Assembly (NCBI GenBank): GCA_001898035.1
Contig: MKRX01000027.1
Coordinates: 25,001-89,000 of the forward strand
DNA: 64,000 bases
From: Armatimonadetes bacterium 55-13
GTDB taxonomy: Bacteria > Armatimonadota > Fimbriimonadia > Fimbriimonadales > Fimbriimonadaceae
Reading direction: 5' to 3'
This document shows positions 39,161 through 48,889 of the stretch, in pieces (the stretch's first letter is position 1; each line of letters opens with the position of its first letter). The notes beneath the pieces are model-generated. The model worked only from the letters and a program-made list of their open reading frames with translations, searched no databases and was not told where the DNA came from. A program made the translations under genes and the position numbers.

Positions 39161-39997
39161 TTAAATGTTAAAATCGAGGAGTTCGTAGGTGCTCTGGTCT
39201 TGAGACCTCCGAACCGTGTTTCGGTGGCTGACGATGGATCGCGGCGGGATACTCTCGGTAATCCAGCAGTTACCCCCGATCACCGAATTCGCGCCAATCC
39301 GCGTGTCGCCACCCAAGATCGTCGCGTGCGCGTAAATCACCACATCGTCCTCAATCGTCGGGTGCCGCTTCGTCCCGGCAAGGCGCTTGTGAACGTGGTG
39401 CGCCCCCAAGGTCACACCCTGGTAAATCTTCACCCGATCTCCGATCTCGGAAGTCTCGCCAATGACCACCCCCGTGCCGTGATCCAAGAAGAACGAGCGT
39501 CCAATCTGCGCACCCGGATGAATGTCCACGCCTGACTGCCGGTGCGCGTGCTCACTAATCAATCGAGGCAAGATGGGCGTCTTCAACTGATGCAGCACAT
39601 GCGCCAGACGGTGCGTCGCAACCGCATAAAAGCCCGGATAGGACAGGATGATCTCATCGATGCACTCGGACGCCGGATCGTTGTCATAAAACGCCTTCGC
39701 ATCCTCCTGAAGCAGGGAATAAACCTCTGGCAATGCCGCAAAGAACCCCTCGTGAACCTCATCCGAGACGCCCTCGTAACATGCTCGCATATCTCGCAAC
39801 GCCTCTTGTAAAGAATCGCTCACCCGTCCCCGGGCGGTCTCCACACTCAAATCTTTAGAAGCAAAGTGGGGGAACAGGAATGCAAGAGCCTGCGGCACAA
39901 ACCGATCCGACCACGCTCGCAGGTCAATCCCAAACGCATACTGCGCCCGCGCCGCCTTCAACTCCTCAATCAACGACTTCTCAATAATGTCCGACAT
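39161..39997 (-). CDS. cysE: Serine O-acetyltransferase
   Basis: N-terminal SATase helical domain. C-terminal hexapeptide repeats (IGDRVKIYQGVTLGA…). Confidence 0.85.
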   Translation of the reverse strand: MSDIIEKSLIEELKAARAQYAFGIDLRAWSDRFVPQALAFLFPHFASKDLSVETARGRVSDSLQEALRDMRACYEGVSDEVHEGFFAALPEVYSLLQEDAKAFYDNDPASECIDEIILSYPGFYAVATHRLAHVLHQLKTPILPRLISEHAHRQSGVDIHPGAQIGRSFFLDHGTGVVIGETSEIGDRVKIYQGVTLGAHHVHKRLAGTKRHPTIEDDVVIYAHATILGGDTRIGANSVIGGNCWITESIPPRSIVSHRNTVRRSQDQSTYELLDFNI

Positions 39998-40121
39998 GTC
40001 TCCACTAAGAATCTACGCGGTCAATCAACCCATTCGTCCGCAGTCCCACCTTCCGACTCACTTTTTGAAACTTACTCTATAGAATAATAGACTATTAAGC
40101 CCTTACTCTGAGCGAAGGGTC

Positions 40122-40157
40122 CCAATCCGAATCGCCTGTCGCCAATCCCTGGTCACG
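40122..40157. promoter_or_regulatory. Second copy of the CCAATC / CGAATCGCC … CCAATCCCTG motif
   Basis: cccaatccgaatcgcctgtcgccaatccctggtcacg shares k-mers with 20287-20345. Confidence 0.4.
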
Positions 40158-40184
40158 CCCTCGGCCCGTCTAAACTAAACGACG

Positions 40185-40985
40185 ATGCCCCACGACGAAA
40201 TCCAAAGAATCCAATCCAACTATCGTCGGCGCCTCGCCCAAACCTGGCCCCTCGCCCCCGGCATGAAGATTCTTGAAATCGGATGTGGTCAAGGCGACAT
40301 GACCGCTATCCTCGCCGAGTCCGTCGGCCCCGCTGGGCACATCACCGCCACCGACATCGCCTCCCCCGATTACGGCGCCCCCCTCACTCTCCAACAAGCC
40401 ACCGACCTCATCAAAGCCACTCCGCTCGGCGAGAGAATCGACTTCATTTTCGAATGTGACCTCCTCGACCCCTCAACTTCGTTCGCTGAGAACGCCTTCG
40501 ACGCCGCTATCCTCGCCCACTGCTCCTGGTACTTCGCGTCGGTCCAACAGCTTCAAAGGACGTTCCAAGCCCTAAAACCCTGGGCCAAACACTTGTACTT
40601 CGCTGAATGGAACCTGAATCCAATTCAAGTTGAGCAATCCGCACACCTCCTTGCCGTCCTGATCCAGGGGCAAGTAGAGGCATTCAAGGCGTCGAGCCAA
40701 GCCAACATTCGCAACCCTATCCCCCAAGAACACCTGAAGCGTCTCCTCGAGGAATCCGGTTGGACCATCACCCAGGAAGCCACCCCCGATACTTCCGACC
40801 TCCAAGACGCCGACTGGGAAATCCAAATGTGCCTACGGGAGTCCGCGCAAGAGTTAGAAACCCTCGCCATCCCAGAGCGAGCCAAACAAATGATCCTGAC
40901 CCAGTTGGAGATCCTGAGAGAAATTTCCCAACCCAAAGGAAACATGCCCCTCCCCGCGTACAGCCTGACCGCAGAGAGAAGTTAA
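40185..40985 (+). CDS. Class I SAM-dependent methyltransferase
   Basis: Motif I ILEIGCGQGDMT. Confidence 0.7.
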   Translation: MPHDEIQRIQSNYRRRLAQTWPLAPGMKILEIGCGQGDMTAILAESVGPAGHITATDIASPDYGAPLTLQQATDLIKATPLGERIDFIFECDLLDPSTSFAENAFDAAILAHCSWYFASVQQLQRTFQALKPWAKHLYFAEWNLNPIQVEQSAHLLAVLIQGQVEAFKASSQANIRNPIPQEHLKRLLEESGWTITQEATPDTSDLQDADWEIQMCLRESAQELETLAIPERAKQMILTQLEILREISQPKGNMPLPAYSLTAERS

Positions 40986-41440
40986 ATGATGTAGTCCAAG
41001 ACCTTCGTGCGACCCTGATCCGCCAACCGCTGCTTGTCCCGAAGGTCCGCAAAGCTAATCTCGTCCATCATCTTCAAAAGGGCCGCGGACATCTCCACCA
41101 GCGCCTCCCGAATCGCGCAGGAAGAAGGATGCGGGCACCCACACTCGGGATTCTTCGCCGTCAGACTGCAACCCATGTCGATCACCGTCCCATCCATCGC
41201 CGTCAGCACCTGCCCCAGCGTAATCGACTCCGGTCCCCGCGCCAAAGAGTAACCACCGCCCGGCCCCTTCCGGCTCACCAAGAACCCCGCTTGCTTCAAA
41301 TCAAGAAGAATCTGCTGCAGGTACTTCAGCGGAATGTTCTGCCGATCTGAAATGTCCTGAATCAGCACCGGCCCCCCGGGATAGGAGTAGCTCAATTCGA
41401 GCAAGGCGCGAGTGGCATAGCGGGCTCGGCTCGAAAGCAT
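40982..41440 (-). CDS. Rrf2 family transcriptional regulator (IscR-like, with a putative Fe-S-ligating Cys triad)
   Basis: Rrf2 HTH (YATRALLELS…). Cysteines in a C-x-x-x-x-x-x-C-x-C arrangement (CSLTAKNPECGC…C). Confidence 0.75.
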   Translation of the reverse strand: MLSSRARYATRALLELSYSYPGGPVLIQDISDRQNIPLKYLQQILLDLKQAGFLVSRKGPGGGYSLARGPESITLGQVLTAMDGTVIDMGCSLTAKNPECGCPHPSSCAIREALVEMSAALLKMMDEISFADLRDKQRLADQGRTKVLDYII

Positions 41441-41447
41441 GCTCGTT

Positions 41448-42581
41448 TTATACCTGGGTCGAAAGAAACCCCAAGGCCGCCCCCGCCGCCACCAGCCACG
41501 CCGAATTGACCTTGAACCGAACCAGTACCGCCAACGAAACCAACGCCAAACTCACCGTAAACCAATCCCGCAAAGCGTCCTGCCCCAGTTTCACCAAGAC
41601 CGCCCCCATCAACCCCAGCGCCGCCGCATTCACGCCCTTCAAGAACCCCTGCATCGCCTCCGATTTCCTTGCTTTCTCTAACCACCGACTGCTCAGCGAA
41701 ACGAAGAAGAAGGAGGGAAGAAAGATCCCCAAAGTCGCCACCACCGCCCCCGGCACGCCACCCAACACAAACCCGATAAACGTCGCGGTCGTAAACACCG
41801 GTCCCGGCGTAAATTGCCCCACCGCCACCGCATCCAAAAGTTGCGCCTTGGTCAGCCACCCCAACCGAACCACCAAATCCGTGTTCAAATAGGACAGCAA
41901 CACGTATCCGCTCCCGTATAAAACCGAACCGACCTTCAAGAACACAAAGAACAGCGGCGCCAACCCATACGCCACCCCCTTCGCAGAACCCTCCAACCAC
42001 CAAGACAGCCCAAAGAACGCCCCCACCGCCAAACCAACCACCACCAAGGGCGCCCAGACTCTCCAATTCCGAGACGAACATAGACCCCAAACCAGCCCCG
42101 GCGCAAAAACCAGTGCCAACTCAGAGACCCCTAGCAAAGAGAGCCCCGCCGCTCCCACCGCCACCAAAATCGGAACCGGCCCTTTCAGCACCGCTTTTAC
42201 TAGCCCAAAAAGCGCTTGCCCCACCACCGCCAGCACGACCGGTTTCATGCCATACAGCAGCCCCTGCGTCTCCGGCAACGCCCCAAACTGAACATAGATC
42301 CAAGCGAGGAACCCAACGATGAACGCCGCCGGCAAAATGAAGCAAGCCCCCGCGACCCAAAGCCCCGCCCATCCCGCCCGGCGATAACCCAAGTGAATCG
42401 CCAATTCCGTCGAGTTCGGCCCCGGAATCAGATTCGTCATCGCCATCAGCTCAACAAACTCTTCGTCAGTTACCCAGGCCCGCCGCTCAACCAACTCCTG
42501 TCGCATCATTGCCGTATGCGCCGCCGGCCCGCCAAAGGCCGTAAACCCGAGTCGAAGAAACACCGAAACGACCTCTCTCAT
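41448..42581 (-). CDS. chrA: Chromate transporter (CHR family)
   Basis: Duplicated CHR halves with GFTAFGGPAAH and GQFTPGPVFTTATFIG signatures. About 10 TM helices. Confidence 0.8.
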   Translation of the reverse strand: MREVVSVFLRLGFTAFGGPAAHTAMMRQELVERRAWVTDEEFVELMAMTNLIPGPNSTELAIHLGYRRAGWAGLWVAGACFILPAAFIVGFLAWIYVQFGALPETQGLLYGMKPVVLAVVGQALFGLVKAVLKGPVPILVAVGAAGLSLLGVSELALVFAPGLVWGLCSSRNWRVWAPLVVVGLAVGAFFGLSWWLEGSAKGVAYGLAPLFFVFLKVGSVLYGSGYVLLSYLNTDLVVRLGWLTKAQLLDAVAVGQFTPGPVFTTATFIGFVLGGVPGAVVATLGIFLPSFFFVSLSSRWLEKARKSEAMQGFLKGVNAAALGLMGAVLVKLGQDALRDWFTVSLALVSLAVLVRFKVNSAWLVAAGAALGFLSTQV

Positions 42582-42625
42582 GACGATCTTGCGAGTCTAT
42601 TCCAATCCCCTGTTAAGATAGAACC

Positions 42626-42985
42626 ATGTCAGAAGGGCTCGCTAAACTCCGTGAAATCTGCCTCGCGTTGCCAGAAGTTCAAGAGCGTCCCAGTCATGGC
42701 GAGCCCGCCTGGTTCGTCCAGGGCAAGAAGCTGTTCGTCATGTTCGCCGACCATCATCACGACAGCCGAGTCGCCTTCTGGTGCGCCGCCCCCGAGGGAG
42801 CCCAAGCCGCCTGCATCGCCACCGACCCCCACCGCTTCTTCCGTCCCCCCTACGTCGGCGTACGCGGTTGGCTGGGCGTCTACCTAGACGTCGAAGTCGA
42901 TTGGGAGATGATCCAATCCATCGTCAGAGAAGCCTATCGGACCGTTGCGCCAAAGAAACTGGCATCGCAATTGGAACCTGACTAG
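42626..42985 (+). CDS. MmcQ/YjbR family DNA-binding protein
   Basis: Size and conserved W/F pattern (AWFVQGKKLFVMF…WLGVYL). Confidence 0.55.
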   Translation: MSEGLAKLREICLALPEVQERPSHGEPAWFVQGKKLFVMFADHHHDSRVAFWCAAPEGAQAACIATDPHRFFRPPYVGVRGWLGVYLDVEVDWEMIQSIVREAYRTVAPKKLASQLEPD

Positions 42986-43004
42986 CTCCTGATACGTTGG
43001 CCAT

Positions 43005-44540
43005 TTGGGGATGGAAGATTCTGACGTTACATATCGCAGCCTCCGCACGGAGAGGCAGGTGGAGCAAGGAATTGCGCTTCGTCAAAGAGTCTACGAAGCG
43101 GCCGAAAGATTCCCCGAGCACCTCGGCCTTAGGTCGATGCGCGCCACTTGCCGCCTTTGGTCCGGCGATCTTGCCAACGCCCTCAAAGACGTTCAGTCGC
43201 TAGCCCACGTTCCCGATCTGGATGCGTCCACCCACGCTGATATGGCCATGGTACTGGCCTTCGATGGCCAAATCGACAGAGCCCTCAAGCACTACCGCCA
43301 ATCTCTGGAAATCGATCCCGATAATTTTGATGCCCTTCGCCAATTCGGCGGACTCCTCGCCACTCTCGGCCAAAACGAAGAAGCCGAAGCGATGACCCAC
43401 CGAGCCCTCGCCGCCTACCCCGAAAATCCCCTGATCCTCTCCTCCGCCGCTCACATCGGAATTCTCTTGGGCGATGCGGAAATCCAATCCAATGCCCTAG
43501 CTGCCCTGGATCGCCATTGTCCGGATCACCCCGCCACTCACTTAGTTCGGTGCCGCCAAGCCCTTCGCATCCAAGACTATGGCAAGGCCGAAGGAGAGGG
43601 AAGGCTCGCGGTCGCCGGTGAAAACGACCTAGCCCCGGCCTGGGAGAGCCTCGCCCTCATCTACAAGAACACCGGCCGATGGGCAGAAGCGAAAGAAGCT
43701 GCCGAAATCGCCATCTCGCTGAATAGCCGAGCCAAAGTCGCTCTCTCTCAACTGGAAGCTGTCTACCTCTACGAAGGTAACAAGGAGTTGGCCCAGGAAT
43801 TCGCCGACCGGGCATCCAAAGCGATCCCCATGCTCCACCGGCTGAACGAACTCTCCGCTGCGAACCGCCTGATGCGCAAGGGAGACCGGCGCGCCGCCCG
43901 AGATATCCAACTTAAACTCGCCGACTCAAAAGACCCCCTGGTACGCCGTGCCGCTCGAGTCGCTCTCATCGCCTATATCGATTCCAAGATCGAAGATGAC
44001 GCCGTTCTGGACATCCTCGATCAGATGGAACGTGAAGGAGAAACGAGCCAGGAGTGGTGGGCAGCCAAGGCCAAGGTCTACATGGATTCCGGCGACTTGG
44101 ATGAAACCGAAAGAATTTTGGCGAAGGGCCTCGAAGCCCATCCCTCCTCAAGCTGGCTCCGGGCTCGCCAAATCGAGGTCCAAATAGATCGAGGAGAGGA
44201 CGCAAGGATTGAAGATCTACTCAATCGGTTGGTCACATCTCCCCTAAGTGCCCCTGTCCCATACTCGTTCGTGGTAAATCGCTTGCTCTACCGAAAGCGC
44301 ACCGACCAGGCCCAAATGGTATCGGACCTCATGAATCGCCGGTTTCCAAATGCGACCATGACCCTGTTTGTAAAACTATCCGTTGCTCGTGCCAAAAGCG
44401 ACCGGACGACGGTAGCCAGCGTTATCCAAGAATTGACTCGACGAGGCGCCTTGATTCTCGAACCGCCCCACCCGAGTGTCGTCAAACGCCTCTTGACCAC
44501 CGCTCGTCGATTCCTGGGTTTGGACTCCAAGAAGAAGTAG
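43005..44540 (+). CDS. Tetratricopeptide repeat protein
   Basis: Multiple 34-residue TPR-like repeats (A…Y…AL…P.N). Confidence 0.65.
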   Translation: MGMEDSDVTYRSLRTERQVEQGIALRQRVYEAAERFPEHLGLRSMRATCRLWSGDLANALKDVQSLAHVPDLDASTHADMAMVLAFDGQIDRALKHYRQSLEIDPDNFDALRQFGGLLATLGQNEEAEAMTHRALAAYPENPLILSSAAHIGILLGDAEIQSNALAALDRHCPDHPATHLVRCRQALRIQDYGKAEGEGRLAVAGENDLAPAWESLALIYKNTGRWAEAKEAAEIAISLNSRAKVALSQLEAVYLYEGNKELAQEFADRASKAIPMLHRLNELSAANRLMRKGDRRAARDIQLKLADSKDPLVRRAARVALIAYIDSKIEDDAVLDILDQMEREGETSQEWWAAKAKVYMDSGDLDETERILAKGLEAHPSSSWLRARQIEVQIDRGEDARIEDLLNRLVTSPLSAPVPYSFVVNRLLYRKRTDQAQMVSDLMNRRFPNATMTLFVKLSVARAKSDRTTVASVIQELTRRGALILEPPHPSVVKRLLTTARRFLGLDSKKK

Positions 44541-44669
44541 CCCTCCTTTCCGGCTAATCATCGGCCCCTGAAGGTGGGCCAAATAAAGAATCGGTCCCGT
44601 CGTGTTGAGGTGGAGAGAACGACGAAGACCGATCTTCGAATAGATTTTTGCCGCGAAATCGTCAACGCT

Positions 44670-44687
44670 CTATGACGCCCGTCATAG
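44670..44687. promoter_or_regulatory. Perfect 8-bp inverted repeat (candidate operator) upstream of the ABC transporter
   Basis: ctatgacg-cc-cgtcatag, about 70 bp upstream of the start at 44759. Confidence 0.45.
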
Positions 44688-44758
44688 TCCTCAATGAATT
44701 AAGGCGAAAGATAGTTTCTTGCAACGCCAACAAGACTCATATCGTCCCTTCTGGCGTA

Positions 44759-45682
44759 ATGGTCGAACTTAATGCGTTGACCAAGTCGTATGGCCGGATC
44801 AAGGCCCTGGACGGTGTCAGCTTCTCAGTAGAAAAGGGGTCATGCTTCGGGCTTCTCGGTCCTAATGGAGCCGGAAAGTCCACTACCATCTCGGCTATCG
44901 TCGGCGCAATAAAGCCTGACGGTGGGACCATCGCGTTTAACGGCAAGCCACCGACCCCCGCCGCCCGAAGAAATCTCGGATACGTTCCCCAAGAAATCGC
45001 CATCTTCGAGGACCTGAACGCCCAGCAAAATCTCGCGTTTTTTGGCGCTCTGTACGATCTGAATGGCTCAAAATTAAAATCCCGAATTCAAGCCGTCCTC
45101 ACTCAGGTGGGCCTCCAGGACCGTGCGAATGAACCCATCAAGAATTTCTCTGGCGGCATGAAGCGCCGCCTAAACATCGGCGTCGCATTCCTCCACGATC
45201 CCGATCTCATCATCTTCGATGAACCCACCGTTGGAGTTGACCCTCAAAGTCGAAACGCAATTTTCGATATCCTCGAAGCGCTCAAGTCACAAGGCAAGAC
45301 CCTTATCTACACCACTCACTACATGGAAGAAGCCGAGCGCCTCTGCGACCGAATCGCCATCATCGATCATGGCCGAGTCATCGCCGAAGGAACCTTGGAC
45401 GATCTCCTCGCCACCCTCCCCGCCCGTTATCGACTTACCATTAGATTCCAGGATGCCGAAGTCTCGACCAAGGCAAAGGAAGCATTAGCCCGAGCTGAAA
45501 TCGGCCAGGTCGCTGAAATGGGCGATCGTCTTCAAATTGTCCCCACGCATGTCGCCACCTCCATCACGGGAGCCATTACCTGTCTCCAACGAAACCAAAT
45601 CCCGTTCGAGGACTTCCACACCATCCGCGCCACTTTGGAAGAGGTTTTTCTCAACCAAACGGGAAGGAGCCTGAGGGACTAA
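44759..45682 (+). CDS. ABC transporter ATP-binding protein (ABC-2 type)
   Basis: Walker A GPNGAGKST. Signature FSGGMKRRL. Walker B IIFDEPT. Confidence 0.8.
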   Translation: MVELNALTKSYGRIKALDGVSFSVEKGSCFGLLGPNGAGKSTTISAIVGAIKPDGGTIAFNGKPPTPAARRNLGYVPQEIAIFEDLNAQQNLAFFGALYDLNGSKLKSRIQAVLTQVGLQDRANEPIKNFSGGMKRRLNIGVAFLHDPDLIIFDEPTVGVDPQSRNAIFDILEALKSQGKTLIYTTHYMEEAERLCDRIAIIDHGRVIAEGTLDDLLATLPARYRLTIRFQDAEVSTKAKEALARAEIGQVAEMGDRLQIVPTHVATSITGAITCLQRNQIPFEDFHTIRATLEEVFLNQTGRSLRD

Positions 45683-46956
45683 TGCTCGCCAAGATTGTCG
45701 CCATCGCCCGAAAAGACCTTCAGGTCTACTTTGCCGACCGCAAGGCCATGCTCATCAGCATTGCGGTACCCATCGCCATTGCCTCATTCTTCGGATTCGT
45801 CATGGTCCCCAGTGGAGGAAGCAGCGCCCCGACCAAGATCCAAACCCTCATCGTTGAGGAAGACACCGGGCCGTTGATGGATGAGATCCTGGCCGAAATC
45901 AAGAAGAACGACGCCATCGATCCTCGTATCGTGAAACGGGAAGAAGCAGAAGAAAAGGTCAAGAAAGGCGATGTTGGTGTCGCTGTGATCTTTCCCAAAG
46001 GCTTCGGTGATGCCGCCAAGAGAGCCCTCTTCAATAACCAGCCTCCAAAACTTGAAGTCCTTTACGACCCCAGCAAATCTATGGATCGGCAAGTGGTCGA
46101 AGGCGCGCTAATGCAAAGTCTCATGAGCAAGATCACCCAGGCCGGCATGACCGGCGAAAGCGCACGGGACAACCTAGAAATGGCGATCCAATCCACGACC
46201 AATCCTAAAAGAAAGGCGGCCTGGGAAGGCTTCTTGAGTGCCTGGAACGATCTGGACGCCTCTGGAGGTTCGCCCGGACGGCCCGGTGTGGGCGGAATGT
46301 CCGAGCCTTTCAAAATCGAGTCGAAGGCCATGACCGCCGCAAAGGATTCCGATGCGGATGCCGCCAGCGGCCGGGCTCATGTTTTCGCCGGTCTAGGTAT
46401 TCAAGGCATCCTGTTCTTTGCCATTGATGCTGCCATGTCCCTCCTGAGAGAAAAGAGAATCGGACTCTGGACTCGCATCAGGGCCTCTCAAACGTCCGCC
46501 ACAACGATTCTTCTGGGCCGGGGGCTCGGCTCAACCCTTATCGCGCTTCTCATCCTTGCCTGCGTGCTCGCATTCGGCATGGTGGCAATGGGAATAAGGG
46601 TGGAGGGAAGTTGGCTCGCGCTCGGCATAGTTGCCGCCGCCTCCGCCCTCATGACCGCTACGTTCGGCCTTTTGGTGGCCTCCTTGGGCAAAACTGAACA
46701 GCAGAGCCGTGGCCTGTCCATCCTTGCCGTCCTCATGATGGCCATGCTCGGTGGAGCTTGGTTTCCCATTTGGCTGATGCCCGGAGCAATCCAGACCGTG
46801 TCGAAGGCCGTACCGGTCCGTTGGGCAGTGGAAGGTCTGGATTCCGCCTTATGGCGAGGAGGGGGACTGTCTACGGCCCTCGTGCCCACTTTGTGGCTCC
46901 TCGGATTCTCCATCTTGTTTGCCGGAATCGCCGCTTGGCGATTCAAAAGTGCATAA
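45682..46956 (+). CDS. ABC-2 family transporter permease with a large extracytoplasmic loop
   Basis: ATGA overlap with the ATPase. One N-terminal TM helix, an extracytoplasmic domain of about 200 aa, then five C-terminal TM helices. Confidence 0.65.
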   Translation: MLAKIVAIARKDLQVYFADRKAMLISIAVPIAIASFFGFVMVPSGGSSAPTKIQTLIVEEDTGPLMDEILAEIKKNDAIDPRIVKREEAEEKVKKGDVGVAVIFPKGFGDAAKRALFNNQPPKLEVLYDPSKSMDRQVVEGALMQSLMSKITQAGMTGESARDNLEMAIQSTTNPKRKAAWEGFLSAWNDLDASGGSPGRPGVGGMSEPFKIESKAMTAAKDSDADAASGRAHVFAGLGIQGILFFAIDAAMSLLREKRIGLWTRIRASQTSATTILLGRGLGSTLIALLILACVLAFGMVAMGIRVEGSWLALGIVAAASALMTATFGLLVASLGKTEQQSRGLSILAVLMMAMLGGAWFPIWLMPGAIQTVSKAVPVRWAVEGLDSALWRGGGLSTALVPTLWLLGFSILFAGIAAWRFKSA

Positions 46957-47084
46957 TCACGCAAAATTACAGTTATTGCAATTAGTTGTAATTTAGGATA
47001 TCATTCGCAAGTTGCCAGATAAGATTAAAGAAATAATATTGCTATTGAGTGTTTGTGTCGAAATCTGGCGATTTGGAGGTCCTT

Positions 47085-47975
47085 ATGAATCACAAGCAGA
47101 TTCGATCCGCATTTACGCTGATCGAGCTACTCGTCGTCATCGCCATCATTGCGATCCTTGCTGCCATCCTTTTCCCCGTCTTTGCTCAGGCCAAAGAAGC
47201 GGCTAAAAAGACGACCGCCATCAGCAACGCCAAACAGATGGGCACCTCGATGCTGATGTATGCAGGTGACTACGACGATTATTTCCCCATCGCCGTCCCA
47301 CCAAACAGCTCGACCAATACCTGGCGAACAGGAGAATATATCGATACCCCCAGTGACTGGCGTCCAGGGCTAACGGCTGCCGCCTACGCGGACCGTTCGC
47401 TTTGCTACGCAAACTCCATCCAGCCGTACATGAAGAATTACGGCATCCTGGCCGCCGAGGGCGGTGTGGAGTCGTCGCTCAAGGCCATCGACTATTCCAC
47501 CGCGACCAAACCCGTCGCCTACAACTCCTTCACCATGAATGGCTTCTTGACTATGGCTTCTCAAAGTGAGGTTGCTCAGGTGTCCGCTCTTCCAATGGTG
47601 TGGATGGGATACGGTAAGTCGAAATCGAAGGGCTTTGCCTACGCAAACCCGCAATTCACTTCGTGCGCGGCGGCGTCCGTTCCTTGCCGATGGGGTTCCC
47701 AGACCGCCAGCGGCTGGATGTGGGTGAACAGCACGGACTACAACGTGTCGAACGCATCCGCGTGGTACTACGGAAAGGGAATGGTCATCGTGCGAGCAGA
47801 CTCTTCCGCCAAGTTCCGAAACGTCGCTGCGGTTACAGACGGAGTGACCTGGAATAACGCCAGCAACCCAACCAATGATCCGTTCAATCGTTATGTAGCC
47901 GGGGGAATTCCCGTCAGCATGCTCGTCTGTAACGGCCTTTCATGCTATTTCCGATTGGATGCGGAGTTCAAGTAA
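47085..47975 (+). CDS. DUF1559 protein with a prepilin-type N-terminal cleavage/methylation domain
   Basis: [38 protein letters not shown]. Confidence 0.8.
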   Translation: MNHKQIRSAFTLIELLVVIAIIAILAAILFPVFAQAKEAAKKTTAISNAKQMGTSMLMYAGDYDDYFPIAVPPNSSTNTWRTGEYIDTPSDWRPGLTAAAYADRSLCYANSIQPYMKNYGILAAEGGVESSLKAIDYSTATKPVAYNSFTMNGFLTMASQSEVAQVSALPMVWMGYGKSKSKGFAYANPQFTSCAAASVPCRWGSQTASGWMWVNSTDYNVSNASAWYYGKGMVIVRADSSAKFRNVAAVTDGVTWNNASNPTNDPFNRYVAGGIPVSMLVCNGLSCYFRLDAEFK

Positions 47976-47977
47976 GC

Positions 47978-48151
47978 ATGCGTTGGACTGCCCTCTTCCT
48001 TCTCGCTCTCGTCGCATTATGCGGCTGTGGCTCATCGGAGCCAGACGCCACCGTACCTACCGATGCGCCTAAGACTCAGGCCGCGACTGACCCCTCGCAG
48101 CCCGGCAGAGCTCAACAAGAGGCCATGCCTGGCTCAGTTACCAACAACTAA
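47978..48151 (+). CDS. Small lipoprotein (57 aa), second coupled partner of a DUF1559 gene
   Basis: Starts 2 nt after the pilin-like stop. Sequence MRWTALFLLALVALCGCGSSEP…. Paralogous to 30813-30959. Confidence 0.55.
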   Translation: MRWTALFLLALVALCGCGSSEPDATVPTDAPKTQAATDPSQPGRAQQEAMPGSVTNN

Positions 48152-48162
48152 ATAAACCGGCG

Positions 48163-48846
48163 CTATCCGGCGACGATCGTTTCCAGGGCTGGCACGTCTT
48201 CAAGGGTGATGACGTGCCGGTCCGTGGAAATGAGCCCTTCTTTTTGCCATCGACTCATGACGCGAATCGTAGATTCCGTCGTGGTGCCCGCCATCTCGGA
48301 AATTTCCTGGCGTGTCAGAGGAATCTTAAGTTGCACCTTGCCATCGTGAACGGTTCCGTAGGAATCCGCCAAGATGAAGAGAATGGCCCCAATCCGCTCC
48401 TCCACCTTTCCGCTGGACATCTTCGCCATCAAATCCATTTTTTGCTTGTACCGAAGATGAAGGCGCTTTAAAAGAGCATCCTTCAAACGGTGGTTGCCTT
48501 CGTACATGGGAATAAAGCCGGACTTAGCCACCCGCACGTACTGAACGCGAGTCACCGCTACTGCGGAGAGCGGACACCCCTGTCCGTCGATCGTCCCCAT
48601 TAGCCCGAAGATCTGCCCAGGCCCCATAATCTCCATGGTGGCATCGCTTCCATTGGCGTTACCTCGGACCATCTTGATAAATCCCCGAACGATCAGCCCG
48701 AAGTAGTCGACCGTTGCTCCGTGGAGCCAAATCGCCTCCCCTCTCTCTGCTTCCGCGAATCGCGATTGAGCGGCAAGGTTCTCACGTTCTTGTGGCTGCA
48801 TCGCCATCAAGAGGGGGTTGGACTCCAGCGCCTTCAGAACGGTCAT
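48163..48846 (-). CDS. Crp/Fnr family transcriptional regulator
   Basis: cNMP-binding-like beta-roll. C-terminal HTH ISEMAGTTTESTIRVMSRW. Confidence 0.8.
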   Translation of the reverse strand: MTVLKALESNPLLMAMQPQERENLAAQSRFAEAERGEAIWLHGATVDYFGLIVRGFIKMVRGNANGSDATMEIMGPGQIFGLMGTIDGQGCPLSAVAVTRVQYVRVAKSGFIPMYEGNHRLKDALLKRLHLRYKQKMDLMAKMSSGKVEERIGAILFILADSYGTVHDGKVQLKIPLTRQEISEMAGTTTESTIRVMSRWQKEGLISTDRHVITLEDVPALETIVAG

Positions 48847-48889
48847 TGACTTTAATAACGTCTCCTATCCCCATTGTGACGGCAGGAAT

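Noticed and set aside
41392-42090. 232-aa Gly-rich minus-strand ORF overlapping chrA in another frame
   Set aside because: chrA, on the same strand in a different frame, has clear CHR motifs. The Gly-rich product is a frame artefact.
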